A DNA stretch of 64,000 bases, taken from the IMG/VR virus record IMGVR_UViG_3300021255_004360, positions 3,350-67,349 of that record. One strand, given 5' to 3'. A model generated the notes under the pieces. That model was not told the DNA's origin and did no database searches. It saw nothing but the letters and a program-made list of their open reading frames with translations. Positions 37,426-51,300 of this stretch are shown piece after piece. A program made the position numbers and the translations under genes. Origin of the DNA: a virus. Its lineage: Duplodnaviria; Caudoviricetes. How positions within the stretch are numbered: position 1 is the stretch's first letter; the number at the start of each line of letters is the position of its first letter.

Positions 37426-40400
37426 ATGGCAATGAAAGTAATACACAAGCACAGTGGTGGTTATTCAAATAAAACCGCACAAGCACCAGAAGCATCATCA
37501 ATAACAAAGGGTGAAATTGCAGTAAATACGAGTAATGTTGACCCTTCGTTATTTATTAAAAAACAAGATAACACTCTCGCACAGTTCAGTGCAATCAAAA
37601 GAAGCGAAATTGAAGGGATACAAAGCAACATAACAAGTTTAGATGAACGTCTGGAGGAGTTGGACGCAAGCAAACTTGGGACTGGTGATACCGCAGCAGC
37701 AGCAAATAAACTTGCAGCAGCAAAAACAATTATTATAAGCGGTTCTGTTACTGGTAGTGCATCAACTGATTTTTCAAGTTCTGTTACTATCACAACAACT
37801 ACCAATCACAGTCACAGTGAATATGCGCCTAAAAATGGTAGCATATCAAATAACTTCAGCGCAAATACATTGACTGCAAACAAGGTTAGTGCATCAACCA
37901 TTACAGGTGCAACTGCCGTGTATGGCGCGACAATCTATGAAGGTGGTACGGCTTTAAATGAAAAGTATGCTGCAAAAGGTAATTATGCAAATGTACACGG
38001 AAATAGTGCCAATACTTTCAGTGCAAGCACATTCTATGAAGGAAACAGTTCGTTAAGTGATAAATATGCGGCGCTCCATGGGGACACAGCCAATACTTTT
38101 AGTGGTTCAACATTGTATGGTAATCTTCAGGGTGGTACAGTTAGAGGAACAAACGTAAGCGCATCAACAATTACAGGCACAAGTGCTGTTTACACACAAA
38201 CACTTTCTGCCAGCACAGTTGCCAAAGCACCAACCGTGTGCGGAACAACAGCAGTATATGGTGCGACAATTTATGAGGCTGGACAAGCCCTTAATTTGAG
38301 ATATCAAGAAAAAGGTGATTATGCTAATTTGCATGGAAATAGCGCTAATACATTTAGTGGAAGCACTTTCTACGAAGGTAATAAATCATTGTCAGACAAA
38401 TATCAACCAAAAGGCAATTATGCCAATGTTAATGGTGACATTAATCAACCGTTTAGTGCAAGTTCACTAGATGTTAAAAATAGTGTAACGACATCTTCGT
38501 TAACAACAAATGATGCTACAGTACAAGACTTGACTGTAACAAATTCTGCTGAGTTTAAAGACCTAACAGCAACAACCTCGATTCATTCCGCAACAATTTA
38601 TGAGGGTGGTACTGCTTTAAGCGAGAAATATGCAGCTAAAGGAAACTATGCTAATGTTAATGGTGATACAAGTAAGCCTTTCAGTGCTAGTACATTTTAT
38701 GGGAACTTGCAGGGAGGTACTGTCAAGGGTACGTCAGTTAGTGCTACAACAATCACAGGCGCAACCCACGTAAGTGGCGGTACAATCATTGGTACGACTG
38801 TCAAGGGTTCTACAGTAAGTGCAGCAACCGTAACTGGTGCTACATCAGTGCAAGCACCTACCGTTAGTGCATCAACACTTGTTAAGGCTCCTACAGTTTG
38901 TGGTACTACAGCCGTATATGGAGCAACGATTTACGAGGGTGGCACTGCTTTAAGTGAAAAATATGCTGCAAAAGGTAATTATGCAGATTTACATGGAAAT
39001 AGTGCTAATACTTTTAGTGCAAGTACTTTCTATGAGGGTGATAAGAGTTTATCACAAAAATATCAACCAAAAGGCGATTATGCTGCGTTACATGGTAACA
39101 CAAGTAACACTTTCAGTGGTTCAACCTTCTATGGTAATCTTCAGGGTGGTACGGTTAGAGGAACAAACGTAAGCGCTTCAACAATTACAGGTGCAACCGC
39201 TGTATATGGTGCAACGTTATATCAAGGTGGAAGTCCATTAAATGATTTATATCAAGCAAAAGGTAACTACGCAAATGTACATGGAAACAGTGCCAATACT
39301 TTCAGTGCCAGTACGTTATATGAAGGCAGTAGTTCGTTAAGTAGCAAGTACGCTGCTCTCCACGGAAATACGGGAAATACGTTCAGTGGCTCTACATTAT
39401 ATGGTAACCTTCAAGGTGGAACAGTTAGGGGTACGGATGTTAGTGCTGCCACAATCACTGGTGCTACAAGCGTTGTTGCACCTAACATTACTGGTAGTAC
39501 GGCTGTGTATGGCGCAACGATTTATGAAGGTGGCACTGCTTTAAGTGAGAAATACGCAGCTAAAGGAAACTATGCTAATGTTAATGGTGATACTGGAAAA
39601 ACGTTCAGCGCAAGCACGTTCTACGGAAATATGCAGGGTGGAACTATTAAAGGTAGTTCTGTCAGCGCAACCACAATCACAGGTGCAACCCACGTAAGTG
39701 GTGGTACTATTATCGGTACAACGGTCAAAGGTAGCACTGTAAGTGCAGCAACTGTAACTGGCGCAACATCAGTGCAAGCGCCTACCGTTAGTGCATCAAC
39801 ACTTGTTAAGGCTCCTACAGTTTGTGGTACTACAGCCGTATATGGTGCAACACTTTATGAGGGTGGTACAGCATTGAATCAGAAATATCAACCAAAGGGT
39901 GATTATGCAAAAGTTAATGGTGATATAAACACCGCATTTAGTGCAAGTACATTATATGAGGGTGATAGTTCATTGAGTGATAAATATCAACCAAAAGGCG
40001 ATTATGCTGCCCTACACGGAGATACAGCCAACACATTTAGTGGTTCAACATTATACGGTAATATTCAAGGTGGCACAGTTAGAGGAACAAACGTAAGCGC
40101 ATCAACAATCACAGGTGCAACCGCTGTATATGGTGCAACACTTTATGAGGGTGGTACTGCATTAAATCAAAAATATCAGACAAAAGGTGATTATGCTGCT
40201 TTACACGGAAATACAGCCAACACATTTAGTGGTTCAACGTTGTATGGTAACCTTCAGGGTGGTACAGTTAGAGGAACAAACGTAAGTGCATCAACAATCA
40301 CAGGTGCAACCGCTGTATATGGTGGCACAATCATTGGTACGACTGTCAAGGGTTCTACAGTAAGTGCAGCAACCGTAACTGGAGCAACTATTGTTAAAGC

Positions 40401-42198
40401 CCCTACGATATCTGGTACAACAACAGTTGCTGGCCCTACGGTTTGTGGTACTACAGCCGTATATGGTGCAACAATTTACGAAGGCGGTACGTCATTAGGT
40501 GACAAGTATCAACTAAAAGGTAGTTTTGCTAACGTTAATGGTGATACTGGAGAAACATTCAGCGCAAGTACGTTCTATGAGGGTGATAGTTCATTAAGTG
40601 ATAAGTATGCTGCATTGCATGGAAATACAGGTAACACGTTCAGTGGTTCAACTTTCTATGGTGCATTTAACGGTAATTTAAATGGAACTACCGCAACGTT
40701 AAGTGGTGCAATCAAGGGTGGCTCAGTTAGTGCTGCTACAATTACTGGTGCAACTGCTGTATATGGCGCAACAATTTACGAGGGTGGTACTGCTTTGAAT
40801 CAAAAATACCAAGAAAAAGGTAATTATGCTGATTTACACGGAAATACAGCCAACACATTTAGTGGTTCAACATTGTATGGTAATATTCAAGGTGGCACAG
40901 TTAGAGGCACAAATATTAGTGCTGCAACTATTACTGGCGCAACCCACGTAAGTGGTGCTACTATTATCGGTACAACGGTCAAAGGTAGCACTGTAAGTGC
41001 AGCAACCGTAACTGGAGCAACTATTGTTAAAGCCCCTACGGTATCTGGTACAACGACTGTTGCTGGTCCTACGGTTTGCGGTACTACAGCCGTATATGGC
41101 GCGACAATCTATGAAGGTGGAACTGCTTTAAGTGAGAAATATCAGGAGGCTGGTGATTATGCTGAATTGCATGGTAACACAGGTGTCACGTTCAGTGGCT
41201 CAACATTGTATGGTAATATCCAGGGTGGAACTGTTAAGGGTAGTTCTGTTAGTGCAACAACAATTACTGGCGCAACCCACGTAAGTGGTGCTACTATTAT
41301 CGGTACAACGGTCAAAGGTAGCACTGTAAGTGCAGCAACCGTAACTGGAGCAACAGAGGTTAAGGCTCCTACCATTAGCGGTACAACTAAGATTGGTGCG
41401 CCGAATATTACAGCAACAACAGGGTTATATGGCGCAACGATTTACGAAAACGGAACATCACTCGCATCAAAATATGCAGCATTACATGGTAGTGCAAGTA
41501 ATACTTTCACAGCATCAACTTTCTACGGAAATATTGCATGGGGTAATATAACAGGCAAACCAGCATCGTTTAGTGATTATGGTTTAAAGGTGCAAGGAGA
41601 TGGTAAATACACAAGCGCATCAACAAATGGTGCAAGTGCAATAACAGTAAGTGCAATCACAAAAGATGTTTCTGCTGCAACGTCAACTGCAACGGCATTG
41701 GCTGATGCTTACCAAACAAAAGCATATATCGAAAACTATGTTGCAAATGCTTTATCTTCATCCGTTTCCTACAAAGGAACAACGACAACGTATTCAGTTG
41801 CGGCCAAAGTTGGCGATATGTATATTGCAAGCAGTTCATTTACCATCCCTTCTGGTCAGTCAGCAAACGGTGCTGCTGTTACTGTTGAAAATGGTGACTA
41901 CATCATTTGTAGAACAAGTGGCACTACCACGACAAGTAAATGGGATGTTGTACAAAAGAACTTAACTAACGCAGTCACATATTCACAGTCAATGACGAAT
42001 GGACAGGTTGTCATTGCAAGTGGTACTGGTACTATTAAATCACAATCATTAGCTTCAACAACAGTTGGTAATTCTGATAAAGTTGATGGCTACCATGTGG
42101 CTGTTGTTACATCAACATCAGCAATGACAGATGCCAATACCATTTATATCTTAAGGGGAACAGCAACTGACCCAGAATCACAGTTGTCACAAATTTAA
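37426..42198 (+). CDS. Long repeat-rich tail fibre-like protein (1590 aa)
   Basis: N-terminal KGEIAVNT...PSLFIK fibre-anchor-like motif; about 1200 aa of shuffled short repeats; distinct C-terminal domain. No TGA; ends TAA. Confidence 0.7.
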   Translation: MAMKVIHKHSGGYSNKTAQAPEASSITKGEIAVNTSNVDPSLFIKKQDNTLAQFSAIKRSEIEGIQSNITSLDERLEELDASKLGTGDTAAAANKLAAAKTIIISGSVTGSASTDFSSSVTITTTTNHSHSEYAPKNGSISNNFSANTLTANKVSASTITGATAVYGATIYEGGTALNEKYAAKGNYANVHGNSANTFSASTFYEGNSSLSDKYAALHGDTANTFSGSTLYGNLQGGTVRGTNVSASTITGTSAVYTQTLSASTVAKAPTVCGTTAVYGATIYEAGQALNLRYQEKGDYANLHGNSANTFSGSTFYEGNKSLSDKYQPKGNYANVNGDINQPFSASSLDVKNSVTTSSLTTNDATVQDLTVTNSAEFKDLTATTSIHSATIYEGGTALSEKYAAKGNYANVNGDTSKPFSASTFYGNLQGGTVKGTSVSATTITGATHVSGGTIIGTTVKGSTVSAATVTGATSVQAPTVSASTLVKAPTVCGTTAVYGATIYEGGTALSEKYAAKGNYADLHGNSANTFSASTFYEGDKSLSQKYQPKGDYAALHGNTSNTFSGSTFYGNLQGGTVRGTNVSASTITGATAVYGATLYQGGSPLNDLYQAKGNYANVHGNSANTFSASTLYEGSSSLSSKYAALHGNTGNTFSGSTLYGNLQGGTVRGTDVSAATITGATSVVAPNITGSTAVYGATIYEGGTALSEKYAAKGNYANVNGDTGKTFSASTFYGNMQGGTIKGSSVSATTITGATHVSGGTIIGTTVKGSTVSAATVTGATSVQAPTVSASTLVKAPTVCGTTAVYGATLYEGGTALNQKYQPKGDYAKVNGDINTAFSASTLYEGDSSLSDKYQPKGDYAALHGDTANTFSGSTLYGNIQGGTVRGTNVSASTITGATAVYGATLYEGGTALNQKYQTKGDYAALHGNTANTFSGSTLYGNLQGGTVRGTNVSASTITGATAVYGGTIIGTTVKGSTVSAATVTGATIVKAPTISGTTTVAGPTVCGTTAVYGATIYEGGTSLGDKYQLKGSFANVNGDTGETFSASTFYEGDSSLSDKYAALHGNTGNTFSGSTFYGAFNGNLNGTTATLSGAIKGGSVSAATITGATAVYGATIYEGGTALNQKYQEKGNYADLHGNTANTFSGSTLYGNIQGGTVRGTNISAATITGATHVSGATIIGTTVKGSTVSAATVTGATIVKAPTVSGTTTVAGPTVCGTTAVYGATIYEGGTALSEKYQEAGDYAELHGNTGVTFSGSTLYGNIQGGTVKGSSVSATTITGATHVSGATIIGTTVKGSTVSAATVTGATEVKAPTISGTTKIGAPNITATTGLYGATIYENGTSLASKYAALHGSASNTFTASTFYGNIAWGNITGKPASFSDYGLKVQGDGKYTSASTNGASAITVSAITKDVSAATSTATALADAYQTKAYIENYVANALSSSVSYKGTTTTYSVAAKVGDMYIASSSFTIPSGQSANGAAVTVENGDYIICRTSGTTTTSKWDVVQKNLTNAVTYSQSMTNGQVVIASGTGTIKSQSLASTTVGNSDKVDGYHVAVVTSTSAMTDANTIYILRGTATDPESQLSQI
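37880..41530 (+). repeat. Coding mosaic of short tandem peptide repeats
   Basis: Recurring units GATAVYGATIYEGGTAL.EKY, KG.YA.(V/L)HG..ANTFS.ST(F/L)Y and GGTV(R/K)GT.VSA.TITG. Exact 65-nt DNA repeat at 38857-38921 and 39781-39845. Boundaries approximate. Confidence 0.9.
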
Positions 42199-42256
42199 TA
42201 ATTGGAATAGATTAGGAGAGGTAATAGGTGAGTAGTAAACAGATTAATTTTTAGTT

Positions 42257-42290
42257 AAAAACCCAGTGCGAAACCTGGGTTTTTTCTTTA
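42257..42290 (+). terminator. Intrinsic terminator
   Basis: AAAAACCCAG-TGCGAAAC-CTGGGTTTTT hairpin plus U-tract. Confidence 0.8.
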
Positions 42291-42319
42291 TTAAAAGAGG
42301 TAATAAACTATATTAATGT

Positions 42320-42329
42320 AGTATTTATT
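42320..42329 (+). promoter_or_regulatory. Late-promoter motif variant AGTATTTATT
   Basis: 18 nt before ATG 42348, just after a terminator. Confidence 0.5.
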
Positions 42330-42347
42330 AAAAAATAGTCTATAAAT

Positions 42348-45300
42348 ATGTCAAAGAAGGATGTTATTGAAACCAACAAACTCTATGTGGGTACTGGTGG
42401 CACGATTGATGGTCTGTACATCGGTTCCCCAACAGATGAATCAAGATATGCTGTTTTAACAGATGATAACGCACAAAAGACAGTTATTTACGACAAAGTA
42501 GAATATGAATTTGTTGTTGATGATATTGCAAACACAGTACCAGCAAACGGTGGTACGTATAATGTAACCGCAAGTATATCAAAGAAAACACATGGTGATG
42601 GAACGGTTGAAAGTCCGCTTCCATTTTCACCTACTTCTTTCACTATACCAGCAAATACAGGTGCATCGTATTCAAGTTCTGTAACAATTACCCAATCTGG
42701 TAGTGCTTTGATTGATGTTTGTGATTTTACAGTTGAAGCAGATTACGTTACAAGTTTGTCTTTGACACTCAACGCACCAGCCGTAATTCCTGCGTCTGGT
42801 GGTAGTGTAAACAGTACAACTTATACATTGGTAGCAAACTATAAAAGTGGTAGGGTTGTTAGTAACGTCAGTACCGCTACATTAGAATGAACTGGTGTAA
42901 CTGCTGGCTCAAAAGGAACAACAATTAGTAACCAAACTGATGCTGGTACTTTGAGAGCGCAAGCCACATTTGGTGGCAAAACAACAACGGCTACAGTAAC
43001 CGTAAAACAACAAGCCAACTATGTGACAGCTGTTGTTGCGTCTGGTAGTAGTTCTACAACACACTTTAGGTATGCTAACATTGGTCCTGCTGCCACATCT
43101 GCAAACATAACTGGACAAGGTGGTGGCGAATATACCTTCACGAGTGGTTCAAAATTGAATGATTCTTCTTCATCACCTTCATTTGGTGGTACAGCAACTT
43201 ATACAAGAAACGGATTTACGCTTGCATCCTCACAAAACGGATTTACGGCTGTTAATGCAACCTCAGGTAAATTAACTGCCACATCACTTGGAACAACAAT
43301 CAGTAATGCAAGAACTTCCGCTAATGTGTCTGGTAAATTGACTATTACGTACACTCACGCATCTGCATATAGTGCTGGTGGCACGGTAACAAGTCCTGCT
43401 TTTACATCAACAGCCACATGTACACAAACAGGTAACTATGTAACAGCAATAACAGTTTCAACAAGCCCAGCTGTTTCTTATAGTGAGTTCCATGCCAGTG
43501 GTGGAACAAAAAATGATGCTGGTACAGATGGTGTAATAACATATAAGTTTACAACAGCACAGGAAACAACAACAGCCCCTGCTGGCGGTACATTAACAAC
43601 CACACCTTCATATGCTATGACAAATGGTGGAGGTTTCTATTTGACAAACACAACCGCTGGTACTGTTAGTGCAGATACAAGAGGCACTACAAGTGGTGCT
43701 ACAAGAACCTCTAACACAATCACAAAAACAGTCAACTATTCTTTCGCACACTCATCAACATACAGTGCTGGGGGAACAAAAACCGCAAGCGCAACTGCAA
43801 CTGGAACAGCGACACAAGGTGAAAATGTTAGAACAAGCACCAACTATTCAGCTAATACATATACAGGCAGTGTGACAATTGGAAGTGGTTTACATGCTTC
43901 TGGTGGTAGTGCAACCGTAACATACAACGCTTGGCACACAGCATATGACCTATATACTTCAGGCGCATATAACAATAGCCACACAGTTTATGACCCTTGT
44001 AAGGTCACGATTACAACAAACGGAAACTCAAGGTTTAGTGGAAGTGGAACAAAGAGTACGGCAAGTTCTACGAACTCGACTTTTACATTGTCACACTCAA
44101 CTATGGGTACTACTGCAACTACGGACAATGTTACGGTAACTCTTTATAATACAACATATAGTTCAACAAGCGGTGTCAAGACTGCAAGTACGTCAGTAAC
44201 AAATGCAATCACAAATACCAATTACTCTGCCAACACATACACTGGTAGCGTTACAATTGGCAGTGGTTTACATGCTTCTGGTGGTAGTGCAACTGTAACC
44301 TACAATGCATGGCATAGTGCTTATGATTTATATACGTCTGGTGAATATAACAACAGCCATACAGTGTATGACCCTTGTAAGGTTACAATTACAACAAATG
44401 GTAACTCAAGATTTAGTGGTAGTGGTACAAAATCTACAGCAAGTTCAACAAATTCAACATTTACGCTAAGTCACACAACAATGGGTAGTGCTGTGACAAC
44501 GGATAATGTTACACTTACACTCTATAATACAACGTATAGTTCAACAAGTGGAGTTAAAACTGCAAGTTCATCAGTAACTAATACTTTAACGTACAAATAT
44601 CCTGCCATTACGAGCATTTCATATCCAGCACACGATGCAACAAGTGGTACTGTAACGCCTACAATTAAAGGTAGTTGTTATCCTACATACACTTCAACTG
44701 TTACTGGCGCACAAGTAACTAATATAACATTAACGGTTACAAGCGCATCAATGACTGCTGGAAATGGCGCAACAATTAACACATCTACTGGTGTTATCAC
44801 ATGGGCAGCAAATACAACAACAAGCCTTGACAGCCCAGCACCAGCCAGAACATCTAATACAGCAACACTAAACGTAAGTTTTGGCTCAACATATAGCAAC
44901 TTAACCGCAAGCGGTACTGCAACGGCAACACAAAATGCAGATGCAATATCAAGTACAGTTATTTCAAATCTTTCCGCTAATACCTATACTGCTTCAACAT
45001 CACCAGCACCTGCTGGACAGAGCACATTTACTTTAAGTGGTGGTAAGGCTACCGTTACTTATGTTTCTGGTGCTAAATTCTATCCTACTGCAACGTTGTC
45101 ATCATCATATCGTACTAGTTCAAGTTCTAGAAAAGTTACATTCAGTTCAACTAATATGACGAGCGCAACAACAAGCGTAACATGCACAGTCCCAAGTTTG
45201 ACTTATTCACATATAGCAGCAGGTTCCTATACCGTAACTTCAACATATGGTGGCGTTTCAAAAACTATTACAATATATCAAGCAGCAAATGGTGTGACTG

Positions 45301-48300
45301 GTATAACAGCGAATAACACAATATCTTACGCTCAAATACCAGCATCAGGTGGTACGGTTAATCCTACTGTATCAACAGCATACACGTTGCATTATGCTTC
45401 AACATATACAACACAGGGTTCGTCAGTTACAACATATGGTACAGTAAGTTCAACCACAAGTTATGCTATGACTGCTGGAAATGGCTTTTCATTGAAGTCA
45501 ACTTCAACGGGTCAGGTAAGTGCAACAACAAAAGGTACAACCGTTACTGGTGCTACAACTTCAAACACTGTGACAATGACAGTAAATTATACTTGGACAC
45601 CAGCAACATCTTATACATTTGGTTTTACAGAACAAACATGTACTGGTACTAAAACAACTAATGTAACACAAGCAGCAAACGCTGTCACGGCAACAGAATA
45701 CTCAACACCAACGATTACAAGCCCTACTGCTGGAGCATCAATTGGTACAATTCCTGCTGCTGGAGGTACGGTTACGCCTACAAAGACTGCAAGCCAGACG
45801 ATTACATATACATTTACATCTACCGCTACAAGTTCAAAGACAAATTCAACATTCACATGGACATCAGTGTTGACAAATGGTAACGGCTTCTACTTAACAA
45901 ATGCAACCAATGGTACAATTAGTGCGGCAACAAAAGGTACAACCGTTACGGGTGCTACAACGTCAAATACAGCCACATTATACGCATGGGCTAACGGAAA
46001 AACAGGTTCAACTACATATAAAGCAGTACAAGCAAAGAATGAAATAACTGGTTATACTGCTTATGAAACACCTTATGGCGGTACTTTCAGTGCAAGTTTA
46101 ATACCTGCAAGTGGTGGTACTTCAAATGTTACGTCAAATACAAGCTCTGTTAAACAAAAAAGAAAGGCTGTGTATAGTTCAACAGCAACCGCTGCAACCG
46201 CAACAGAATTCACACCAACATCAATTACAACTGGTGTTACAGGTAATGGTTCCGTTGCAAGCAAAGGTACAACCGTCTCAAACGAAACAACCGCAAAAAC
46301 ATTGACATGTTGGTATGCTGCAAATGGTGTTACTGCTTCATCAACGGTTTATGCATTACAACAAGCAAACTACGTAACTGTTGTACAGGCTTCAGGTACA
46401 ACCTCTGACTCACATTCACACTTCTCTTATGCTAATATTGCAGCAAAAACCACTACGGCCACCCCTACTTTGGCTGGAACCGCAGTATATACTTTCACAA
46501 GTGGTTCAAAACAGACAAGTAATTCAACAACGCCATTTGGTGGTACTGCGACATACACGAGAAGTAATTACACGCTTGCTGCTTCACAAAACGGATTTAC
46601 GGCAGTAAACGCTTCTACTGGTGTATTAACCGCTACTGCTCGTGGTACTACAATTGGTAATGCCAGAACATCAGCGAATGTAAGCGGTGACTTAGTAGTA
46701 ACATACACACACGGTGCTTCATACAGCAATGGTGGTACTGTGACAAGTTCAGCATATACCTCAACCGCTACTTGTACACAAACAGGTAACTATGTGACTG
46801 CTATTACTTTGACAACAAATCCTGCTGTTACCTATGCTGCTATTCCAGCAAGTGGTGGAAGTGCAACAGATAGCGGTTCGAATGGGGTTTTAAGATATAC
46901 ATTCACGTCAGGTAGTTATACTGCAACTAAACCTTCAACAACATATGGAGCCTTAACTTCTGCTGCAACATACACAATGGAAAGTGGAAATGGTTTCTCT
47001 TTGACAAATGCAACAAATGGTACGGTAAGTGCAACAACGAAAGGCACAACGGTCTCTAATGTTACTTCATCTGAAACCGTTACAAAATCTATTACTTACA
47101 CTTGGACACCTACCACATCATATAATGCTGCTGGAACGATAACAAAAACAAGTAGTGCTACTGGAAAAGCAACACAAGCAGCGAATAATGTTGCTAGTTA
47201 TGTCGGTTACACAACACCAAGTGGTTACACATTCAGTGGAACACAAGTACCAGCGGCTGGTGGTACTTCAACAATTACATCAACTGGTACTTTGTCACAA
47301 AAGGCTTATCCAGTATATAATTCAACAGCAACTGGTTCATCGTTAGTGAACGTTACTGGCACAGTTACAACGGGTGTTACTGGAAATGGTGCAATTGCAT
47401 CAAAAGGTACAACTGTTTCAAATGTAACAACAAACGCAAAAACCGTTACTTGTTGGTACGCAGCAAATGGTGTTACTGCAACATCATCTCTCAATATTTC
47501 ACAAGCAGCAAACTATGTTGTTACAGTTCAGGCTTCAGGTACAACCTCTGGCTCACATTCACACTTCTCTTATGCTAATATTGCAGCCAAAGCAACATCG
47601 GCCAGCCCTACTTTGGCTGGAACCGCAGTATATACTTTCAGCAGTGGTTCAAAAGAGACAAGTAATTCAACAACACCATTTGGTGGTACAGCAACATATA
47701 CAAGAAGTAATTATACACTTGCATCCTCACAAAACGGATTTACAGCCGTAAATTCAAGCAATGGTACGCTTACTGCAACTGCTCGTGGTACGACAATTGG
47801 TAATGCTAGAACATCAGCGAATGTAAGTTGTGATTTGGTTGTTTCCTATACACATGGTTCAAGTTATAGTGCTGGTGGTACTGTGACAAGTTCTGCGTAC
47901 ACTTCAACCGCAACCTGTACACAAGAAGGAAACTATGTAACTGCAATAACGGTTTCAACAAATCCTGCTGTTACCTATGCTGCTATTCCAGCAAGTGGTG
48001 GCAGTGCAACTGATAGTGGTACTAATGGTGCTGTAACTTATACATTTAGCAGTACAAGTACGTCAACAAGCGCTCCAGCATCAACATATGGCTCTTTATC
48101 CATAACCAAAACTTATTCAATGACGAATGGTAATGGTTTTACATTGAAGGATGCAAGTACTGGCCAGGTAAGTGCAACAACAAAGGGTACTACTGTAACT
48201 GGCGCAACTAATTCGAACACGATTACAAAAGCAGTTACTTACACATGGACACCTACTACATCATACAATGCTGCTGGAACAAAAACAGCAACAAAGAATG

Positions 48301-51300
48301 CAACTGGTACTGCATCACAATCAGCTAATGCTGTAACAAGTACAACGTGGGGTAATGTAACAATTACTTCACCTACTGGTGCTTCCCTTGGTGAAATTCC
48401 AGCAGGTGGTGGTAGCAAGACACCAACTAAAACCGCAACACAAAGTGGTACAAATCACTACACATCTGGTGCAGAATCCACAACCTCCAATAACTCCTTT
48501 ACTTGGTCCGTTGCTTTTACAAACTCTGGTAATTACACGTTAAAGAGTTCAACAACAGGCGAAATTAGTGCAAGTACAAGAGGAACAACGACTGGCAATG
48601 CAACAACTTCCAACACAGCAACAATAACTTGTACTGGTGCTGGAAGCAAAACCGCTACCGCAACCTATTATGTAACACAACAGGCAAATGCTGTAACAAG
48701 TACAACATGGGGTAATGTAACAATCACCTCACCTACTGGCGCATCGCTTGGTGAAATTCCAGCAGGTGGTGGTAGTAAAACACCTACAAAGACAGCAACA
48801 CAAAGCGGAACAAATCATTATACATCTGGTGCAGAAGCTACAACATCAAACAACTCATTCACCTGGTCTGTTGCATTTACAAACTCTGGTAACTACACAC
48901 TGAAGAGTTCAAGTACTGGTGAGATTAGCGCAAGTACAAGAGGTACAACAAGTGGTGCAACAACAACATCTAATACCGCTACAATAACTTGCACAGGTGC
49001 TGGAAGTAAGACAGCAACCGCAACTTATTACGTAACACAACAAGCAAATAATTATACGGATACTTGGAACAATCCTGTGATTTCCTCACCAACCGCAGGT
49101 GCTTCACTTGGTGAAATCGCAGCGAGTGGCGGTAGCAAGACACCTACGCTTACAGCCACACAAAGTGGCACGAGAACGTGGACTTCAACATCAACGTCTG
49201 CAATTACGAATACGAACTTTACATGGGTTGTTACATTTACAAACTCTGGAAACTATACGTTAAAGAGTTCAACTACTGGCCAAATCAGCGCTTCCACAAG
49301 AGGTACTACAAGTGGTGCTACAACGACTTCAAATACAGCAACTGCCAAATGTACTGGTAGCGGTAGTAAATCAGCATCTACAACCTACTATGTAACACAA
49401 GCAGCAAATACTTACACGGATTCTTGGAACAATCCTGTGATTACATCACCAAATGGTGCTTCAATTGGTGAAATCCCAGCAGGTGGTGGTAGCAAGACAC
49501 CTACACTCACAGCCACACAAAGTGGTACGAGAACATACGCATCAACTGCAACGTCGGCGATTACCAATACGAACTTTACATGGTCTGTTGCATTCACAGC
49601 TTCTGGTAATTTCACATTGAAAAGCGCAACTACTGGACAAATCAGCGCCGCAACAAAAAGCACAAATGTTTCTAACACAACAACCTCAAATACTGCCACC
49701 GCAACATGTACTGGCTCTGGAAGTAAGACAGCAACTGCGACCTATTATGTAACACAGCAGGCTAACTATATCGTGACTGTTACACCGAAAGCCACCGCTT
49801 CTGGAAATGGAAAACACTTCTTTTATAACAATATTGCTGCATCTGCAACAAGCGCAGCTGTTACAAAGTCTGGTAGTTGTGATTTGACATATACAAGTGG
49901 TGCAGTAAACTCAAGTGTTGGTTCATATGCTACAAGTTCATATACTAGAACTTACACACTTGCAGCATCACAAAACGGTTTCACAAAAGTTAACGCATCT
50001 ACTGGTGCATTAACAGCTACGGCACGTGGTACGACAATCGGCAATGCTAGAACCTCTGCAAACGTAACAAGCGTTCTAACCGTTACTATCACACATAATA
50101 GCACGTATAGCGCTGGTGGTACGGTTACAGGTTCAATGACTTCTGTCACTACCTGTACACAAGAAGGAAACTATGTTACTGGCTTAACAGTTGTAACAGC
50201 CCCTAGTGTTGGATATCCTCTTATTCCAGCCTCTGGTGGTACTGTATCAGAAACTGGCAATAACGGTACAGTAAGATTCGCCTATAGTAGTAATAGCACT
50301 GGTACAACAATACCAAGTTCAACATATGGTACTTTGACTACACCTAAAACATATGCCATGACTAATGGTAATGGTTTCTCTTTGACAAATGCAACAAATG
50401 GTACGGTAAGTGCAACAACGAGAGGAGCAACTACGGGTACAAGTCGCACCTCATCTTCAATCACAAAGACTGTTACCTATACTTGAACACCTACCACATC
50501 ATACAATGCTGCTGGAACAAAAACTGTTACAGGAACAGGTACTGGTACTGCTACACAACAAGCAAATGCTTACACAGATATATGGAATTATCCATCCTTG
50601 AGCCTCGTAAATGTCAAACTTGGCTCAACACTTGCTGCTGGTGGTGGTAGCGCAACATTATCAATTAGTACCGTGAAGAGTAATTTTACACAAACTGGCA
50701 GAAGAAGATATACATCTGGTTCTGAAGAAAATATTAGTAATAGTGGAAGTGGAAGTGATGTTTCTGTAAGAGGTACAATGGATAATGGTAATGGTTTTGT
50801 ATTATTAACATCTGATACAATTACAGTTAGTGCAGTTACGAAGGGCACAACAGTAACTGGTCAAACAACTTCAAACACAATCACAATTATTGCTGTTGGT
50901 AAAGATAACAAGGCTTGCACAGGCTCTTGTTATTCTGTACAGGCTGCTAATGCTGTAACAAATACCGCGTATGGTGACATCACTGTGTCACAACCATCAA
51001 GTGGTAGTTCGATTGGCGAAATTCCTGCATCTGGTGGTACTATAACGCCTTCAATAAAGGCTGCAAGTCAGACTATTACATATACATTTACATCTACTGC
51101 CACAAGTTCAAAGACGAATTCAACGTTTACTTGAACGGCTACGATGACAAATGAGCGTGGTTTCTATCTAACGAATGCCACCAATGGTACTGTTAGCGCT
51201 GTAACAAAAGGTACAACTATAACTGGCGTAACCACTTCAAATACTGTTACATACAAAGCTGTTAATGGTGGTAAAACTGGTACAACAACATATTATGTAA

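Noticed and set aside
37880-41530. CRISPR array or non-coding satellite
   Set aside because: The repeats keep one reading frame, vary at third codon positions and have no unique spacers of constant length.
43839-49760. Diversity-generating retroelement template/variable repeat pair
   Set aside because: Differences involve all four bases and are mostly synonymous rather than adenine-specific. No reverse transcriptase is present in the window.
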